A DNA stretch of 62,755 nucleotides, the filler included, from Rhabdomonas costata (lineage: Eukaryota), in the NCBI GenBank assembly GCA_019059605.1. It is 41 parts of 41 records of this genome, joined end to end, with 100 filler letters (N's around TTAATTAATTAA, not from the genome) between each part and the next. Parts side by side here need not be neighbours in the genome. Positions count along the whole stretch, not along the records: positions 35,261 to 36,696 come from JAHMHO010016095.1; positions 36,797 to 38,230 come from JAHMHO010016096.1; positions 38,331 to 39,763 come from JAHMHO010016097.1; positions 39,864 to 41,296 come from JAHMHO010016098.1; positions 41,397 to 42,829 come from JAHMHO010016099.1; positions 42,930 to 44,362 come from JAHMHO010016100.1; positions 44,463 to 45,895 come from JAHMHO010016101.1; positions 45,996 to 47,430 come from JAHMHO010016102.1; 33 more parts are not named here. One strand, written 5' to 3'. The position numbers and the translations under genes were made by a program. The notes below the pieces were generated by a model. It worked only from the letters and a program-made list of their open reading frames with translations, searched no databases and was not told the DNA's origin. Below are positions 35,489 through 49,063 of this stretch, one piece after another (the first letter of the stretch is position 1; each line of letters opens with the position of its first letter).

Positions 35489-38400
35489 ACGGAGGGAGGG
35501 AGGGAGTGTAAGCATGTGTCGTGCCGCATACGGCGCTGCAGCAGGACAACCATAAGCTCCACCAGAGCGGGGGCGACTTGGGCGGGGTCTGCGGTGCTGC
35601 AGTGTCGGCCCAAAGCTCGCCACAGCAGCTCTGCCACCCCGGCATGCCGCAACGTCTCAATAGAAACCTCTGCGGTAAAGGAAAGAGGACACAAACACAC
35701 AAACACTCACAACTCACAGCAACTCACATAAAAAATACCAACGACAAGATACACGCGCGACTGTGTCACACCGAAAAGCGTTCTGACGAAATACACAGCA
35801 AAGGCGGCATTCATCACCTGCCCACTAACCGCCGCTTCCGGACTGGCAGTGAATTGGGATAAAGCACAGACATATGGTACGAAAATCTTGGGCTGCAACC
35901 CAGGTCGCTGCGGACTCCTAACCTCCCTCACATCGCATTAACTTTTGTTCCCTTCCACAACGCGGACAGTTGCCGGCCCATTTTGTATGTAGCGCATGAA
36001 GAGCAAGCATGTTCTCGTCACTTTCCATGGAGAGATTTCGACCACCATCTCGTAGACCTCCTTGAAGCAAAACTTTGGGGTTCCACCATTTTCATCTCTC
36101 ACTGTGAAGATTCCATGACAAGAAGCATCGCATCGGCAAAGAATCGGAATGGGGTTACTGGTAAGATGGTGTCCAGAGTCACAGTCCGGCACAGCACTGA
36201 TGCAGCGTGGAAGAATTGAAAAAATGAAGAGGAGGGCGAGAGGAGAGAAACACAAATGCATAAGCACCATCGGCGAGGGTGACGCACAGCCTGTGTAGGC
36301 AGCCTGTGGCCAGAGCAACAACGGAGGCGGAGTCTAGTTGCCGCCGCAGCACCATGGCCAGGGTGGTGGCAGGCAGCCCGCGGTCCGGCCCACACTCCGC
36401 AGCGAGCACCCCCTCCGCAGTGGCTGAGATAGAGAAAGTGGAAGACAGCGTGTTGGGCGCAAAAGCGCTGTCTGTTTCTTAATGGACTGTTGGTGATCGG
36501 ACTGACAGGCGCACGCGCTGTTGATTATTTGAGGCACTGGGCTGGGAATGCTCGTTAGCTCGTTCTGCGGTACTCCGTTTCCGGGGGTTCGGACTGTGAC
36601 TCTACCCCTCATCAGCGGGCGTGCTGATCCCGCACGGCTTTCATGTCGACTCCCCTGATGGGAGCCCCCGCGCTCGCGGCACTCCCACTGATGTGTNNNN
36701 NNNNNNNNNNNNNNNNNNNNNNNNNNNNNNNNNNNNNNNNTTAATTAATTAANNNNNNNNNNNNNNNNNNNNNNNNNNNNNNNNNNNNNNNNNNNNGGTG
36801 TGTTTTTCCTTCAAATCACATATCCCCCCTCCAAATCCTTTTTCTTTGTAGTTCCCTGTGGAGCAACCCACGCAAACACATGAACATTCGCTGCAGCCTA
36901 GTTGAAGGTCGTTTAGTTCCTCCTTCGATGAAGATGAGCTTTCTCTCCTCACAATATCTATCGGGGGCGGGGGGTACCGAACGAGCTCTGCCCTGCTCTT
37001 TGGCAGTGCCACACGCACCCCTCACACACACAGATACACAATGCGCCCAACATTCACAGACACACACAGACACGAACACGCGCACACAGAGATACTCACT
37101 GATTGACTGACTGACTCACTCACTCACTCATTGAGCAAGACTGCCGTGCGGAGACAACACAGCACAAGTGCCTGAACAGGCGATTCGCGAAAGCATCTGC
37201 ACGAGAGAAACATCGATTTCGCGGTTGTGCTCACCAGTCACCAGTCAGCAAAAGGATAGGAAAAGAAAGCAACAAGGGACAATAACAGTTCACTGACAGG
37301 GGAGAGCACTCTGTGCGGAAGAAAATATACTACACATACGCACGTGCACACCATGTAACTGTCTCCCCGTCTGTTTATGCGTGCTTTTTGGTTGTTTGGT
37401 TGTCGTGTCATACACCCACTCCCCTCCTTTTTCTTTTGGTTTCTATGGCGCAATCCTCGCAAACGTTCGCCGCAGCTCGGTAGGATGGCCGTTTCATTCC
37501 CAGCGATGGGATGGGGAAAGGAAAACTGTGGCATTCTCTGTCTTCACAGCATCTATAGGGGAGTGTGAGGGGGGTACCGAACGAATTGTCCTGCCCTTTG
37601 GCAGTGCCACACACATACACACGCACACACAGTGACATATGCACAACACAACTCACACTTTTTGCTTAGTTTGGGGGAATGGTCACTGGTGCGGCGACCG
37701 CAGCTACTGCTCCCTTCCCAGTTGCTTGGGCTATTACACTCATTGGTCTCTTTGCGCCTCTTTTGCATATTCTGTCACCTTGATGGGGTGGCACGTTTGC
37801 TCCACACAATGTGACGCGCAAACGTCTGTGCCAAGGTTTCATGTGTCCACCCAAAAGGGCTGAGGCAGTTCCCGCCCACACTGCACCTTTCGTCACCCAG
37901 CTATACATCCACGTAGCCTCGCTAGTGCTCTCTTTCGGTCAAGTCTGCCTTTGCCTTCTTCCCTTCCTCCCTTCCTCCCTCTATCACTCCCTCTCTGCTT
38001 CAGTCTGTCACACATGGTGTCGTGAAAGACATCAACGGTGCTTCAGATGAGAGTGTGTCCCTAATTTGGGCTTGTATCCCCACCTTCCCTTCCCCTTTGA
38101 GCTGTTTCTGATGTGGCTTTGGTGACCTATCACTTTTTCCCAACGCAGTTCCTTGAATCGGTCATCCCACAACGCACGCGCCATGCTGCTACCCGTCCTT
38201 GCTGCATGGACTCTTTTTCTCACCCCCACANNNNNNNNNNNNNNNNNNNNNNNNNNNNNNNNNNNNNNNNNNNNTTAATTAATTAANNNNNNNNNNNNNN
38301 NNNNNNNNNNNNNNNNNNNNNNNNNNNNNNGTTGGGGGGTGAGCTGCACAGGGTGTGGCCCCGGATCAGAGCTAAGCTTGGCACCCTCGCTGCTGCCGCA

Positions 38401-39660
38401 GATCTCGGCCCATGCGCCGCGGTTGGTCAGCAGCTGCACCACATAGGGCAGCAGGGTGCCCCGGCCGCTGCACCGGGACTCCGGGGCCAGCTCGCTGACT
38501 TCACCCCTGTTCCCCAGCGCAAGCAAACGAACCTTTTTGCAATCGGCCGCAGCCATCAACTTTACTCTGATCGCACATCAGATATCCATAAGCACTCAGT
38601 CATACTTAAAAACCCAGATGGCGTGATATAGTTGACAAAACTAAAAACAAAGGACCCTAAAAAGGCAAATAATTCTGCATCTTTGGGTAAAAAGTTGCGG
38701 ACATACTGTATAGCTATCCTATCCCAACATTGACTTTTCGGGGGAAGGGCGGATAGGGTGGCAAAATCGAAGACAGAGATGCTATTTAGCACGAAATTTG
38801 CCTGGATTTGGCTATGGTTGGCCTCCTTGGGGCTATTTTTATACTTAATTCTGGCTATTTTGGAGCATTTTATTGTCGTTCTAAGACATTTTTTCATTAA
38901 CAGAATTATGCCATTGGTTTTTACTATGGATGGGATCTTTTTGAATTAAGTGTTGTCAGCTATTGTGCAAGGCGCTCAAGGGGGGAAAGCTTGCAGAGCA
39001 CCTCAGGGCTCTCAGAAGTATATTTGATCACAAACACATGAATTATGAGTAAGTCCAAAGCCGCGGCGACCTGAAACCTTAAAGCCCCCTCCCTCTCTTC
39101 AAACCCGCAAACCCTTCATTCCATATATTTTGCAGGTGACCATCTCAATCGCAGGGAAAACGGGCAGCGGAGGACCCACCTGTATTCGCAGAAGATCACA
39201 TCCCTGCTCAGCGTGAGGCCCTCCTTCAGAAAGAGCCCTGCCAAAAAAAGAGTGAGTCGGATGGAGACGCAGCAACAAACCCGCTTGCGGGTAGGGCCTC
39301 ACAGCTGCAGCAAATTGTTGAAGATACCCGCCCGACAGACAACCTCTCTTGCAAGCACTCAAGCACTGGCACATTCGTCTTCACATGAACCCTGCCCCCT
39401 GGCCCTGAACACATCGAAGTTACTCGGGCGAAGTTACGCGGGCAAGCATAACCCGATTCCCTCAATTCAGAGCAAGCGTAACCACTGACCCCTTAAGCTT
39501 AAACGCTCCACCTTTGACGCATGATCAGTTTACTCGATTGCGATCAAAATTCAATAGGTGATCCACTTGTGGTCACTTGGTCGACAAAAGAGTACTCACG
39601 CCTCCTCTGCGTGGGTGACTGCGCGCAGACACTGACGTGCACACACATACACGACCACAC

Positions 39661-39740
39661 CCAGGCCAGCGCCGGGCAGGGTAGAGCGCCGGAAGCACAG
39701 CCACCGATGCTCATGCTCCGCGGGGATAAACTTCAGCGTG
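39661..39740 (-). CDS. Short exon, possibly the start of a SET-like domain
   Basis: WLCFRRSTLPGAGLG resembles the SET N-terminal S-x-I/L-x-x-AG-x-G motif; CAG/GTGTGG bounded. Confidence 0.35.
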
Positions 39741-40345
39741 CTGTGCGGTAGGAACCCCACACCNNNNNNNNNNNNNNNNNNNNNNNNNNNNNNNNNNNNN
39801 NNNNNNNTTAATTAATTAANNNNNNNNNNNNNNNNNNNNNNNNNNNNNNNNNNNNNNNNNNNNGGGGGGGGGTGCCCTTGGGCGACCCTTTGGTATCCGT
39901 TTAGGTTCATCCGCTTCCTGCCCCACGCAGCGGAGGGTTTACGACAGCAGTAGTGACAATACGGCACAATAGCACTGCTCTTTCTCACTCGAATGAATGC
40001 CGCAGAGAGCTGCTTGCTGCTTGCAGAGCGCAGGGGGTTGATACTCATTTGTTCTCAATCAAAAATCGCTTCAGTCTGCCGGTACATGCATTCCCTTTCC
40101 ATCACTCATCACTCATAAAAGGAGCACTGATAGCTGTGATTTAAGTAATTAGCACGACAAAGGCAAAGCTGTGCGGCGAAATTCATACTTTTGATGGGGC
40201 ATACCGAAACGACCATTTGGAAACCGTGCCCAGTGGATGGAACTTTTCGTGGTGCATCCTGGTTGCTTCCTGATTTGGACTGGTTCGTCACTTGACTTGT
40301 TCAGTGAGTAATCAACAAGAGGATGGTCAATACAATGCACAATAC

Positions 40346-40956
40346 CACAACAATGTCGTCGCCGCAAATTGTGACTTCCGGGCGCCGCAAGCTCAGCAGA
40401 GCAAGCAGGGCGGCCAGATAACAGCAGTCGATCAGATTGCCATCGTTGTCCAGCACGGTGACGTCCACTCGAATGCTCCACACCTGAATAAACACATGAG
40501 TAAACAAATCGCTTGAGGGCTCGGTTCGGTAATCATTGTCAGGTAATCGTCGCAGATCAAGCGGCAAGCACAGCAGTGGTAAATACCTTCCCTACCATCC
40601 CCAGATAATTGCTCTGCTCATCCATGAAAAGGATGGGGGAAAAAACAACCGAATTCTTCACGGCTACCGAATTATTGTTGACGTTTGCAGTTTTGAGCTC
40701 ACAAGCAGGTTGACAGGGCCGCCGTGTTCGCCCTAGCTTGCTTGAAGCCTGGCCCATGGCAACACAACTCTCGTTTGCGTGTGTGCCGTGCACTGGGCTC
40801 CTGCGGGCAAAGCCAGTACGTTCAGCCCAAAATAACAAGAGCCCAAAAAGGGAGCAAGGAGCATACGCATCTCCCGGCCAGAATGCACAGGGACTCCGTG
40901 TCGATGGCATAGGAGCCACGCAGGGCGCGGTCAATGATCTGAGCAATGGAGGTGCT
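40346..40956 (-). CDS. RRP45: Exosome core RNase PH-like subunit RRP45, two internal exons
   Basis: IIDRALRGSYAIDTESLCILAGRC | VWSIRVDVTVLDNDGNLIDCCYLAALLALLSLRRPEVT. Confidence 0.9.
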
Positions 40957-43212
40957 CTGCAAAAAAAAAACGGAGAATAATCGGAGGCCCAGGTCCCCAT
41001 CCATGGACACAAGCACAACTACGTGCATGCAAGTGCAAGAGAATGTTGGATGAGGGGGACAGGGGGGACTAACCGGGAAGGATGCAAAGCAACGCATCAG
41101 TGGCAACGCTCTTGCAGGCGGGCAAGAGGATAACAATGAGGTTCCATTCGACCCAGATTACACAGACGCACGCACGCACGCACGCACACACGCACGCACC
41201 CACGCAGGCAAAGCAAGTAGAATAACCAACCACGAGATGACGTGAATATGGCTAAATTCTGAGGATCTGTCCCATTGCTGACGGATACCCAAAACANNNN
41301 NNNNNNNNNNNNNNNNNNNNNNNNNNNNNNNNNNNNNNNNTTAATTAATTAANNNNNNNNNNNNNNNNNNNNNNNNNNNNNNNNNNNNNNNNNNNNCACT
41401 GAAACGAGGGAACCCTACTTACAGCGATACGTGCTTGCGTTATATGGTTCCCTCGTTTCAGTGCCAAACAGAAAGTCCAGCTCCTTGCTTTCCCAGACAC
41501 ATGGAAACTGTTGAGGGCTTCCCTTTCAGGGTGTGCCCCAGCAACCTTCGCCGGGGCTCGATCCAATCATACCGGAAATACCTCAGACCAATGTTTGGGT
41601 TCCCTGCTGAACAGTTGAAGAGTATGCAGTGTTGTGAGTCGGGGCCATTTTTGTAGGGAATTTTTTTGGCTTTCAATGAGCATCCCATTTCCACGGAGAA
41701 GGACGGAAACTTTTGCCAGGTTGGATGTATATGAGTCCTTTAATGCACCTGACTGACTTGAAAATCGAAGATGCAAAGGTGTTGGGTGTGGGCAAAAATC
41801 GAGTGGGCATTTTGTAATAGGGCTCAGTAGGAACCTGAAAAGTGCGCCATCGGACAAAAGCTTAAAATCAGTCCAAGATGGAGAGACAGAGTGGTTTAGA
41901 TGCTTGGGAAGCTTCGGCATTTACCTATGCTTCAATCCCCTTTGACCTGCGTTCAGGCGGCTCTGGTTCTGCTCTTCCCCATTTTTGATATTTGGATGGG
42001 TTGTCGGATCCCGCGTCCCTATTCCTTTTCAAGGTGACATCCCGAATCACTGGTGGGAAGCGGAGCGAAAGATCGACCCTCCGTGGCAGGGAGCGGCCAC
42101 AAAGAGTGACAGAAGATCAGGTTGGTGGAGGAGTGGGGATGGGGGTGCACACTGCCAAAACGGCCGACAGCTGTGAGAAAGGGGACCGTAGGGGGAAGTG
42201 GGTGTGGGAGAGAAGGGAATGGTGAAAGTTCACCCAACCCCACAATTCCATCTCTCCGCAGGAATAGGGCCCAGGGGGCTTCCCGGTAGACTGGCGCAGA
42301 GGGGTCCAATAAAATTACCGTATTGTACATTTCTCTCACGGACACACATACGCACACACAAAAGTGCACCCCTGCTTCAGCGGAAGGTGATATAATGGGT
42401 GCGGTGTGGGAATTTCGGGGGGAACTTACTCGTCTCTCACCCCACGGGCACGGGCATATGCAAATGGGCTTGTATGTGGATAGTGTGTTTCGTGATCGAC
42501 TGTGACGTATGTGTGAAGAAGTGGGCACGCGCGCGCAGAAGCGCAGTTGAAGGGAAACCTGCCCCCTTTTCTCTTCAGATTCCAGACCAACTGCAGCACA
42601 CGCTTCGTTAACTACGCCCCTACATTTGTTTTCTGTACCAAAAATACGCACATGGGAATATGCTATCGATCAACTTTTTGACCACAATCCAACCACGCAC
42701 ACACACTCTCTCTGCACGCATTCCATCCACCTCGTAGCACGTTAGAACATGCCATGGTGCCCCAGCGCTATAGCCGCTGAGCACAAAGTGGTGGAGCAAA
42801 AAGATCAGGAAAAAAAAAGAAACAAAAACNNNNNNNNNNNNNNNNNNNNNNNNNNNNNNNNNNNNNNNNNNNNTTAATTAATTAANNNNNNNNNNNNNNN
42901 NNNNNNNNNNNNNNNNNNNNNNNNNNNNNTTGTATATTTGTATATATTTGTATCCGCACTCCTTCCTCTGAGACCTTCGACCTTCTCTCGCGGAAACGAC
43001 CCTTTGAGCTTTTCCTTCCCGTGTGTGTGTGTGTGTGTGGGGAGGGCGAACAGTGGGTGATTTAGAATCATTCTATGGGTCCGCAAAATCAATACCGGAA
43101 TAAAAACGATGTAAAAGGTAGCTCGGAAAACGCACGTATGAGAACATCGTCAAAAAAATTTCAGAACTCTTATATATAATACACCATTGCTTTTCTTTAC
43201 TTCCCACAAAAC

Positions 43213-44203
43213 CTGTGAGCTCCTGCTGCAGCTTCGCAAAGGTCTGCTGCTTCTCGCTCAGCTTTTCCCTTTTGAATGGTCAAAATAACACCATCAACAA
43301 TACTCACCAGCTTGCAAATCTGACAAACAGTCTCATGGTATGCGAGCAGCACAGAAGATAGGATGCCGAACGGTGGAAAGAATAGAAACGAGAGCAGCCG
43401 TGATATAACGTTTGTTTCGTCAGTCGAGCTGAAAACTGAAGGTCTTGTAAAGAGTTGAAAAACGCAGGCTTTCTTTTTTCAGAACGGGGCGCATCCATTC
43501 TCTCAAAAGTGTCCCGGATCTGGCAGAAGGAGGGGAGGGAGGTCGGAGACTTGCTGCTCTTGAGGTCGGTGTGGGCGGTCAGACGAGAGGCCCGAGCGTC
43601 CAGAAATCCACCCGTCATCGCTCCCCTGCGGTCAACCTTGTCTCCTGACAGCGAAGCGAAGAAACGCGTGAACGCAGGAAGCAAAGGAATTTTAATTTTC
43701 CCCTGATGTCAAATGTCAGAAGTTGTTATATTGGCATCGGTGGGGCATCGGTGGGAGGTACGTTAGTCGCTGTAAATTGTAAGCGTTTATCGTCCTTCTA
43801 CGCCATCTCCCCAGCTCACAGATGACCTCCCAGCGTGATTGCGTCGCAATTCAGCGCCTTCGAGTTCAGGCTGGCCTGCTCCAAAGTGTCGGCAAGCAGG
43901 GTCCGGCCGAAGATCTGCGCCAAAAGAATGGAAGGGAAGACTGAAGAAAGGGAGGGAACGGGAAAAAATCAGGGATTACTTCCATCTCCATACTGATGGG
44001 AGAGTCGGCAAGGGAGAAAACAGAAATGTCAGAAGCAGCTGTGCACATGAGGAGAGTCGTTTTTTCACTGCAGACCTCTGCGAACGCAGGCAGGAACTTC
44101 GGCTCGAACTGCATGACGCTCAACAGAGGACGAACATCTGCGGTGGTGGGGAGGGCCATCGGCTGGGCAGTCAGCCGGTTGAGAGGCATCAGAGTGACCC
44201 GCC
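43213..44203 (-). CDS. SMC3: Cohesin SMC3 hinge region, four exons
   Basis: GRVTLMPLNRL...FEPKFLPAFAE | IFGRTLL...CDAITLGG | DKVDRRGAMTGGFLD | coiled coil; GT-AG introns in frame. Confidence 0.9.
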
Positions 44204-44498
44204 CTGAGAAAAAAAGTTAAGTTCTTGCCATTTTTGCTTCGACTTAAAGATCTCTTTGACCTTTGACGGATGCCAGTTCGTGGAAAACGCCAGGGTGCGC
44301 CGACGTATGGGACAAAGAGAAGCATTGCAAACACCAGGAAAACAATGATAAGCAAAACAAACNNNNNNNNNNNNNNNNNNNNNNNNNNNNNNNNNNNNNN
44401 NNNNNNTTAATTAATTAANNNNNNNNNNNNNNNNNNNNNNNNNNNNNNNNNNNNNNNNNNNNTGGTTGGGTGGTGGTGGTGGTGGCACACACCGCCAG

Positions 44499-45498
44499 TC
44501 TTGTCGCAGCATGCTCCCGGGCAGGCACGACCAAACTGGCGGTGTGTGCCACCAGCGCTGCCGTGATTCCTGGGCTGGCGTTTGCCCTGCAGCTGGGCGT
44601 CGACGTGCTAGTTCTACCTGCAGTGTGCGCTGACGAGGGCAGGCAGGGTATGGAGCAGGAGCTGGCCGTGGCGTGGGAGGCCGCTGGGATTGCTCTGGCA
44701 CAGCGGATGGAGCGAGTGCCAGAGGCTTTGGAGGCACCCCCGGCGGACAGGGAGGGGCCCCAGAGTGGGGCAAAGCCGGATCTCACCGCGGCGGTTGTGG
44801 TTGATGTGAAATATGGTGAGCGTTGGGTGTTCCTGCGTAAAAGGAAACGGCAGACGGGAGTCAGTGTGGTAGTGCTCGAGCTCATTTGTCAAGGTGGAAG
44901 AAGTCACCTGAGTCTGTACAATGGAAGTGTCATTTTTCTCTTCCCCACTCTTGAGCCATCCTGTGGTGTTTCCGTTGTATGTGTGTATGTGTGTATGTGT
45001 GTACCGAAAATGCCAGGAGGAAGGAAGTCGCTGGAGGCAGATTAGACCTCCATCAAGGCAAAGCCGTGTGCTCGTATTGTGTCTGCCGAAAACTAAACCA
45101 AACATCACCGACCAACCCATGGTACGCATCATGCATTTTAACAGGCTTTGATTTCGAAAAAATTAGAGAGTCCAACTATAAATGCTCCAGGCACTGACCT
45201 ACCGGCTCCTGAGGGCACACACACACAGCTCTCCCAGCGCGTGCAGGCGCATGAGGGTCGCTGCTACCCCGCCACTTCCTCCTTCGCCACACTCACACTC
45301 ACACACTCTGTCTCCCCGGCTCTCTTGCGTTTGGTGCACAAAGGAGTGCTGGGCGACCGGGTGTGCGTAGACCTGGTTCGCCTGCTGCGGCCCGACGAGG
45401 GGCTGCTGGTGGGCAGCAGCGCGAAGGCTCTGTGTCTGGTCCACGGGGAGACTTTCCCCAGCGAGTTCGTACCCCCGAGGCCCTTCCGGGTCAATGCG
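44499..45498 (+). CDS. Type-II (archaeal-type) 3-dehydroquinate synthase, PF01959-like, two exons
   Basis: LVAAC...GLAFALQLGVD... | GDRVCVDLVRLLRPDEGLLVGSSAKALCLVHGE...PPRPFRVNA; exons 44499-44815 and 45344-45498. Confidence 0.88.
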
Positions 45499-48400
45499 GT
45501 GTGCTGAGTGGGTTGGGTGCATGCTGGAGGAAGCGCTGTGGCCTTGACTTGCCATACCTTTGCCTTGGTCACTGCCACTGAGATAGGGTCGTCACAAATG
45601 TTTACGAGTTTTCTCACTTGCTCCCGTTCGATTCTATTGAAGTTGGGGTGCGTGTTACTGGATGTGTTTTTTTCAACTTGGTCTCGCAGTTGTACATAAT
45701 CTGTTGCCAGTGCCTTTTTTGATTCTTTGTAAGTTGGGCATTCGTGTGCCGTCTGTCACCATACCACAAAAAACCATAAGCTGCATCTCTAGATATCCAG
45801 AAAGAGGTTCAACATCCACAGTACAACGATTTCGCGTTCGCCAAGCTTAGTTTCAGCTTGATTGCTTTTCCTTTTTTTTTAACGTTTTTTCCCTGNNNNN
45901 NNNNNNNNNNNNNNNNNNNNNNNNNNNNNNNNNNNNNNNTTAATTAATTAANNNNNNNNNNNNNNNNNNNNNNNNNNNNNNNNNNNNNNNNNNNNGACTT
46001 TCAGCTTGGTTTTGGGCTTTTTTCCGTGACGACGGGTTTGTTATGTTTTCTCACACTGTGCCAGAGGTCCTTTCCATTCCAGAGATCCTATCCTTTGGAA
46101 ATTTATGTCCAGTTTGCGCACTGCAACTAACACGAAAGTAACCCTCAAGCCTTTCTATGTACAGAAGCTGCCCCTCCCAAATCGCTGCAGGGACAATTCT
46201 TTCACCCTTGCAATGTATGCAACTTGACCTCTCGTGGAGATTCCCTCAACGACACCCGCACTTCTGCAAGCCCACCCAATTCTCCCAACCAGGCTCATGC
46301 CAACATTACCGAAAAATAGAACAGGCAGTGCTCACTTTGCATAAAGCAGGCAAATGTTCACTCGATTCAAAAGATCTACCGTCAGCATTAGTGTGTACCA
46401 AGATGCGCTTGTTTTGAAACCAAAAGCAAGAAAAAACATGTCTGCGATTCTCTTTGCCTGCCAAGTCAGCGCCTTCAAACTCAAAAAAAAAGGTTGGGTG
46501 GATGCAAACAAAGATGTCGAACAGAGCTCTGATGTAAAAAGATGAGATACACTCACACAACGGTCAATTTCGTTTGATTTAACAAATGGCTCAAGGCCGC
46601 CGAAGAACAGAAGATCACGGCTCAATTTGATTTTTCCGCTCCCACATCTATTTTTATTTCACATTCTCGTTCTAGTTCTCATTTTCATTCCTGTTCTTCC
46701 ATCTCTTTACGAATTGGCCGACCTGAGGAGGCATGTGGCCGGAGCTGCTGCAAGAGGCCCTTCAGCCGCAGCACCTCCTCCCTCTGCTGCAGAAGCTGAT
46801 GCAAGCACGACCCTCCTCTCGTTTCGCTTCCCATCCCCACACCCCAACCCTCACCTCACGACCACTACGGCACACAAACTCGCGCATCCATCGCCATGAA
46901 ATCAGAATATGCCAGGCAAAGCAAGGGAACGCGAAGCAGCGCTGGTGGCTTAAAAACTTTCTATTCAGCATGTGCGTGTGTGTGAAAACAAGCCAAAAGC
47001 AATCAAAACTGTCTCAATAAAAGTTCATTGGTTCAGCGTCCATCCTAGCCGACTTCACATAGGCTTCTCGACTGTGCCCTCGAACACGGCATAGTGGTGT
47101 TGCGAACCAATACACAGAAGGAGATGGGCACATTGTTCAGCGTTCAACACGAGCGCATCTGGAGTTGGGTAAAAAACGAAAACGGCAAATCGACCTCAAC
47201 ATAGAGCTCTGGCAAGTGGAATGGCGGCATGAAATTTTTCGATGGCAATTCAGAGCGCACGCGCGCGCGCGCGCACACACACACACACACACACAAACAC
47301 ATTGCTGCGCGACAATGGCCCGGGACCCGTGGGGCAGAAGGGAGGTTACCAGATGTGGAACGTTCGGTGGTGAGCCGATTTCGGTTCCCCACGGCACCGT
47401 TCGCTCCAACGGCACCTCTCGCGAGCACCCNNNNNNNNNNNNNNNNNNNNNNNNNNNNNNNNNNNNNNNNNNNNTTAATTAATTAANNNNNNNNNNNNNN
47501 NNNNNNNNNNNNNNNNNNNNNNNNNNNNNNTTGTGTTGGTTGCACTCATTAGTTCAACAAACTGGCCGCTTTTCAGCGTATGGCCTCTTGACGGGCTGTT
47601 AAGGGTACATTTCTTCCCTTAAAGGTGCACGTATGTGTGAGTCGGCATCTATACGTGGCCCATGCCAGCAAGAAACCATTAAAGGGTGCAAACTGAAGCA
47701 GGAAAAATGAAGGAGGTGGGAGTGGGCCGGAAACCTTCCATTCGCTCCTGCAGCAGACGCTCCTCCTCGCGGTGCTTCCCAGCCGCCACGGACGCCGCTT
47801 CCAGCTCCGCCAGCAAATCTGATTTCGACGTCCACACACACAAGTAAATAGGAAAACGTCTGCGACACAGAGGAACCTAAAGTTCAGTTGCCGATGCGGC
47901 CTGCATATGGTGCAGTATGATATGGCTATACCGCTTCACCAGCTTCTTACGCAGTCAACTGTGTTTGAGTGTGTCTATGCGCGGTTTTGCAAATTTTTTT
48001 TGGGGTTCTGATCATTGCTCTAATGCTGCGAAGTGGAGATCCTCATGGTCGCATTCAACCGCAGTTGTAAGGGATGAAGCCTTTCAAGCCTTGGCGAGGG
48101 TAACTATTGCTTGAGCGCCTCTTTTCTTTGCTTCCCCATGGGGTCACACAACCACACACACACACACACACACCACCGAGCGTGTGCTGTTGCACGGACA
48201 TGACGTCACAGAAGGCATCCCTCCAATGGTCGACGGGGAAGGTCATACTGTCCGGTGAGAAAAGAGAATAAAAGAAGAACCCTCGAAGGTTCAACGACGC
48301 ATAACCTGACGAAACATGAATGATATGCCCTTCACTGATAATCATTGCACCCATTTTCAGGATTTTTTCGCCAAAATATCCGCTTGTGCTTGTGTAACTC

Positions 48401-49063
48401 ATTTTCCCCGTTCTCACGCGACACTGTCGGTGCATATGGTGCATATGGTAGATATGCACCCTATGCACCGTGCACACCAACACAACCTTGAAATCTCCTT
48501 TCCAACGCGGAGAAAAGAAAATACGGCGACAGAACCTCTTGCCGGGCTTCGACGATACCGTGTAGAGCGCCACGTTGTGGGCTCGACGAATGTCTCTTCG
48601 CAGGGACTCCATCACCCAGCGCTTGTCCATATCTGCAATAAATGGGAAGACTAAACTCTAGTGGACTAAAAAGAAGAACCGCCCCTATTTCCTAATTGAG
48701 ACATAGTCATTCAATCTCATATGCTCATCAATCAAGAGTCAGTCATTGATGATGGATTCATCAGGATCACGCAAGTAATTCCTTCCTATGAAAGGAACTC
48801 GAGGTGCATCGGAGGGAGGGAGAGTGCCTTCCACCCCAGGAAGGAAAGCATAAAGTAGAACAGTAGAACTACACAACGGAAAGAGTGCAAACAAAAAGGC
48901 GGACCCACAGGGATGGCCTCGTTGCACAGCCGTAGGAACACCACAACCAACCACACCCAACACNNNNNNNNNNNNNNNNNNNNNNNNNNNNNNNNNNNNN
49001 NNNNNNNTTAATTAATTAANNNNNNNNNNNNNNNNNNNNNNNNNNNNNNNNNNNNNNNNNNNN

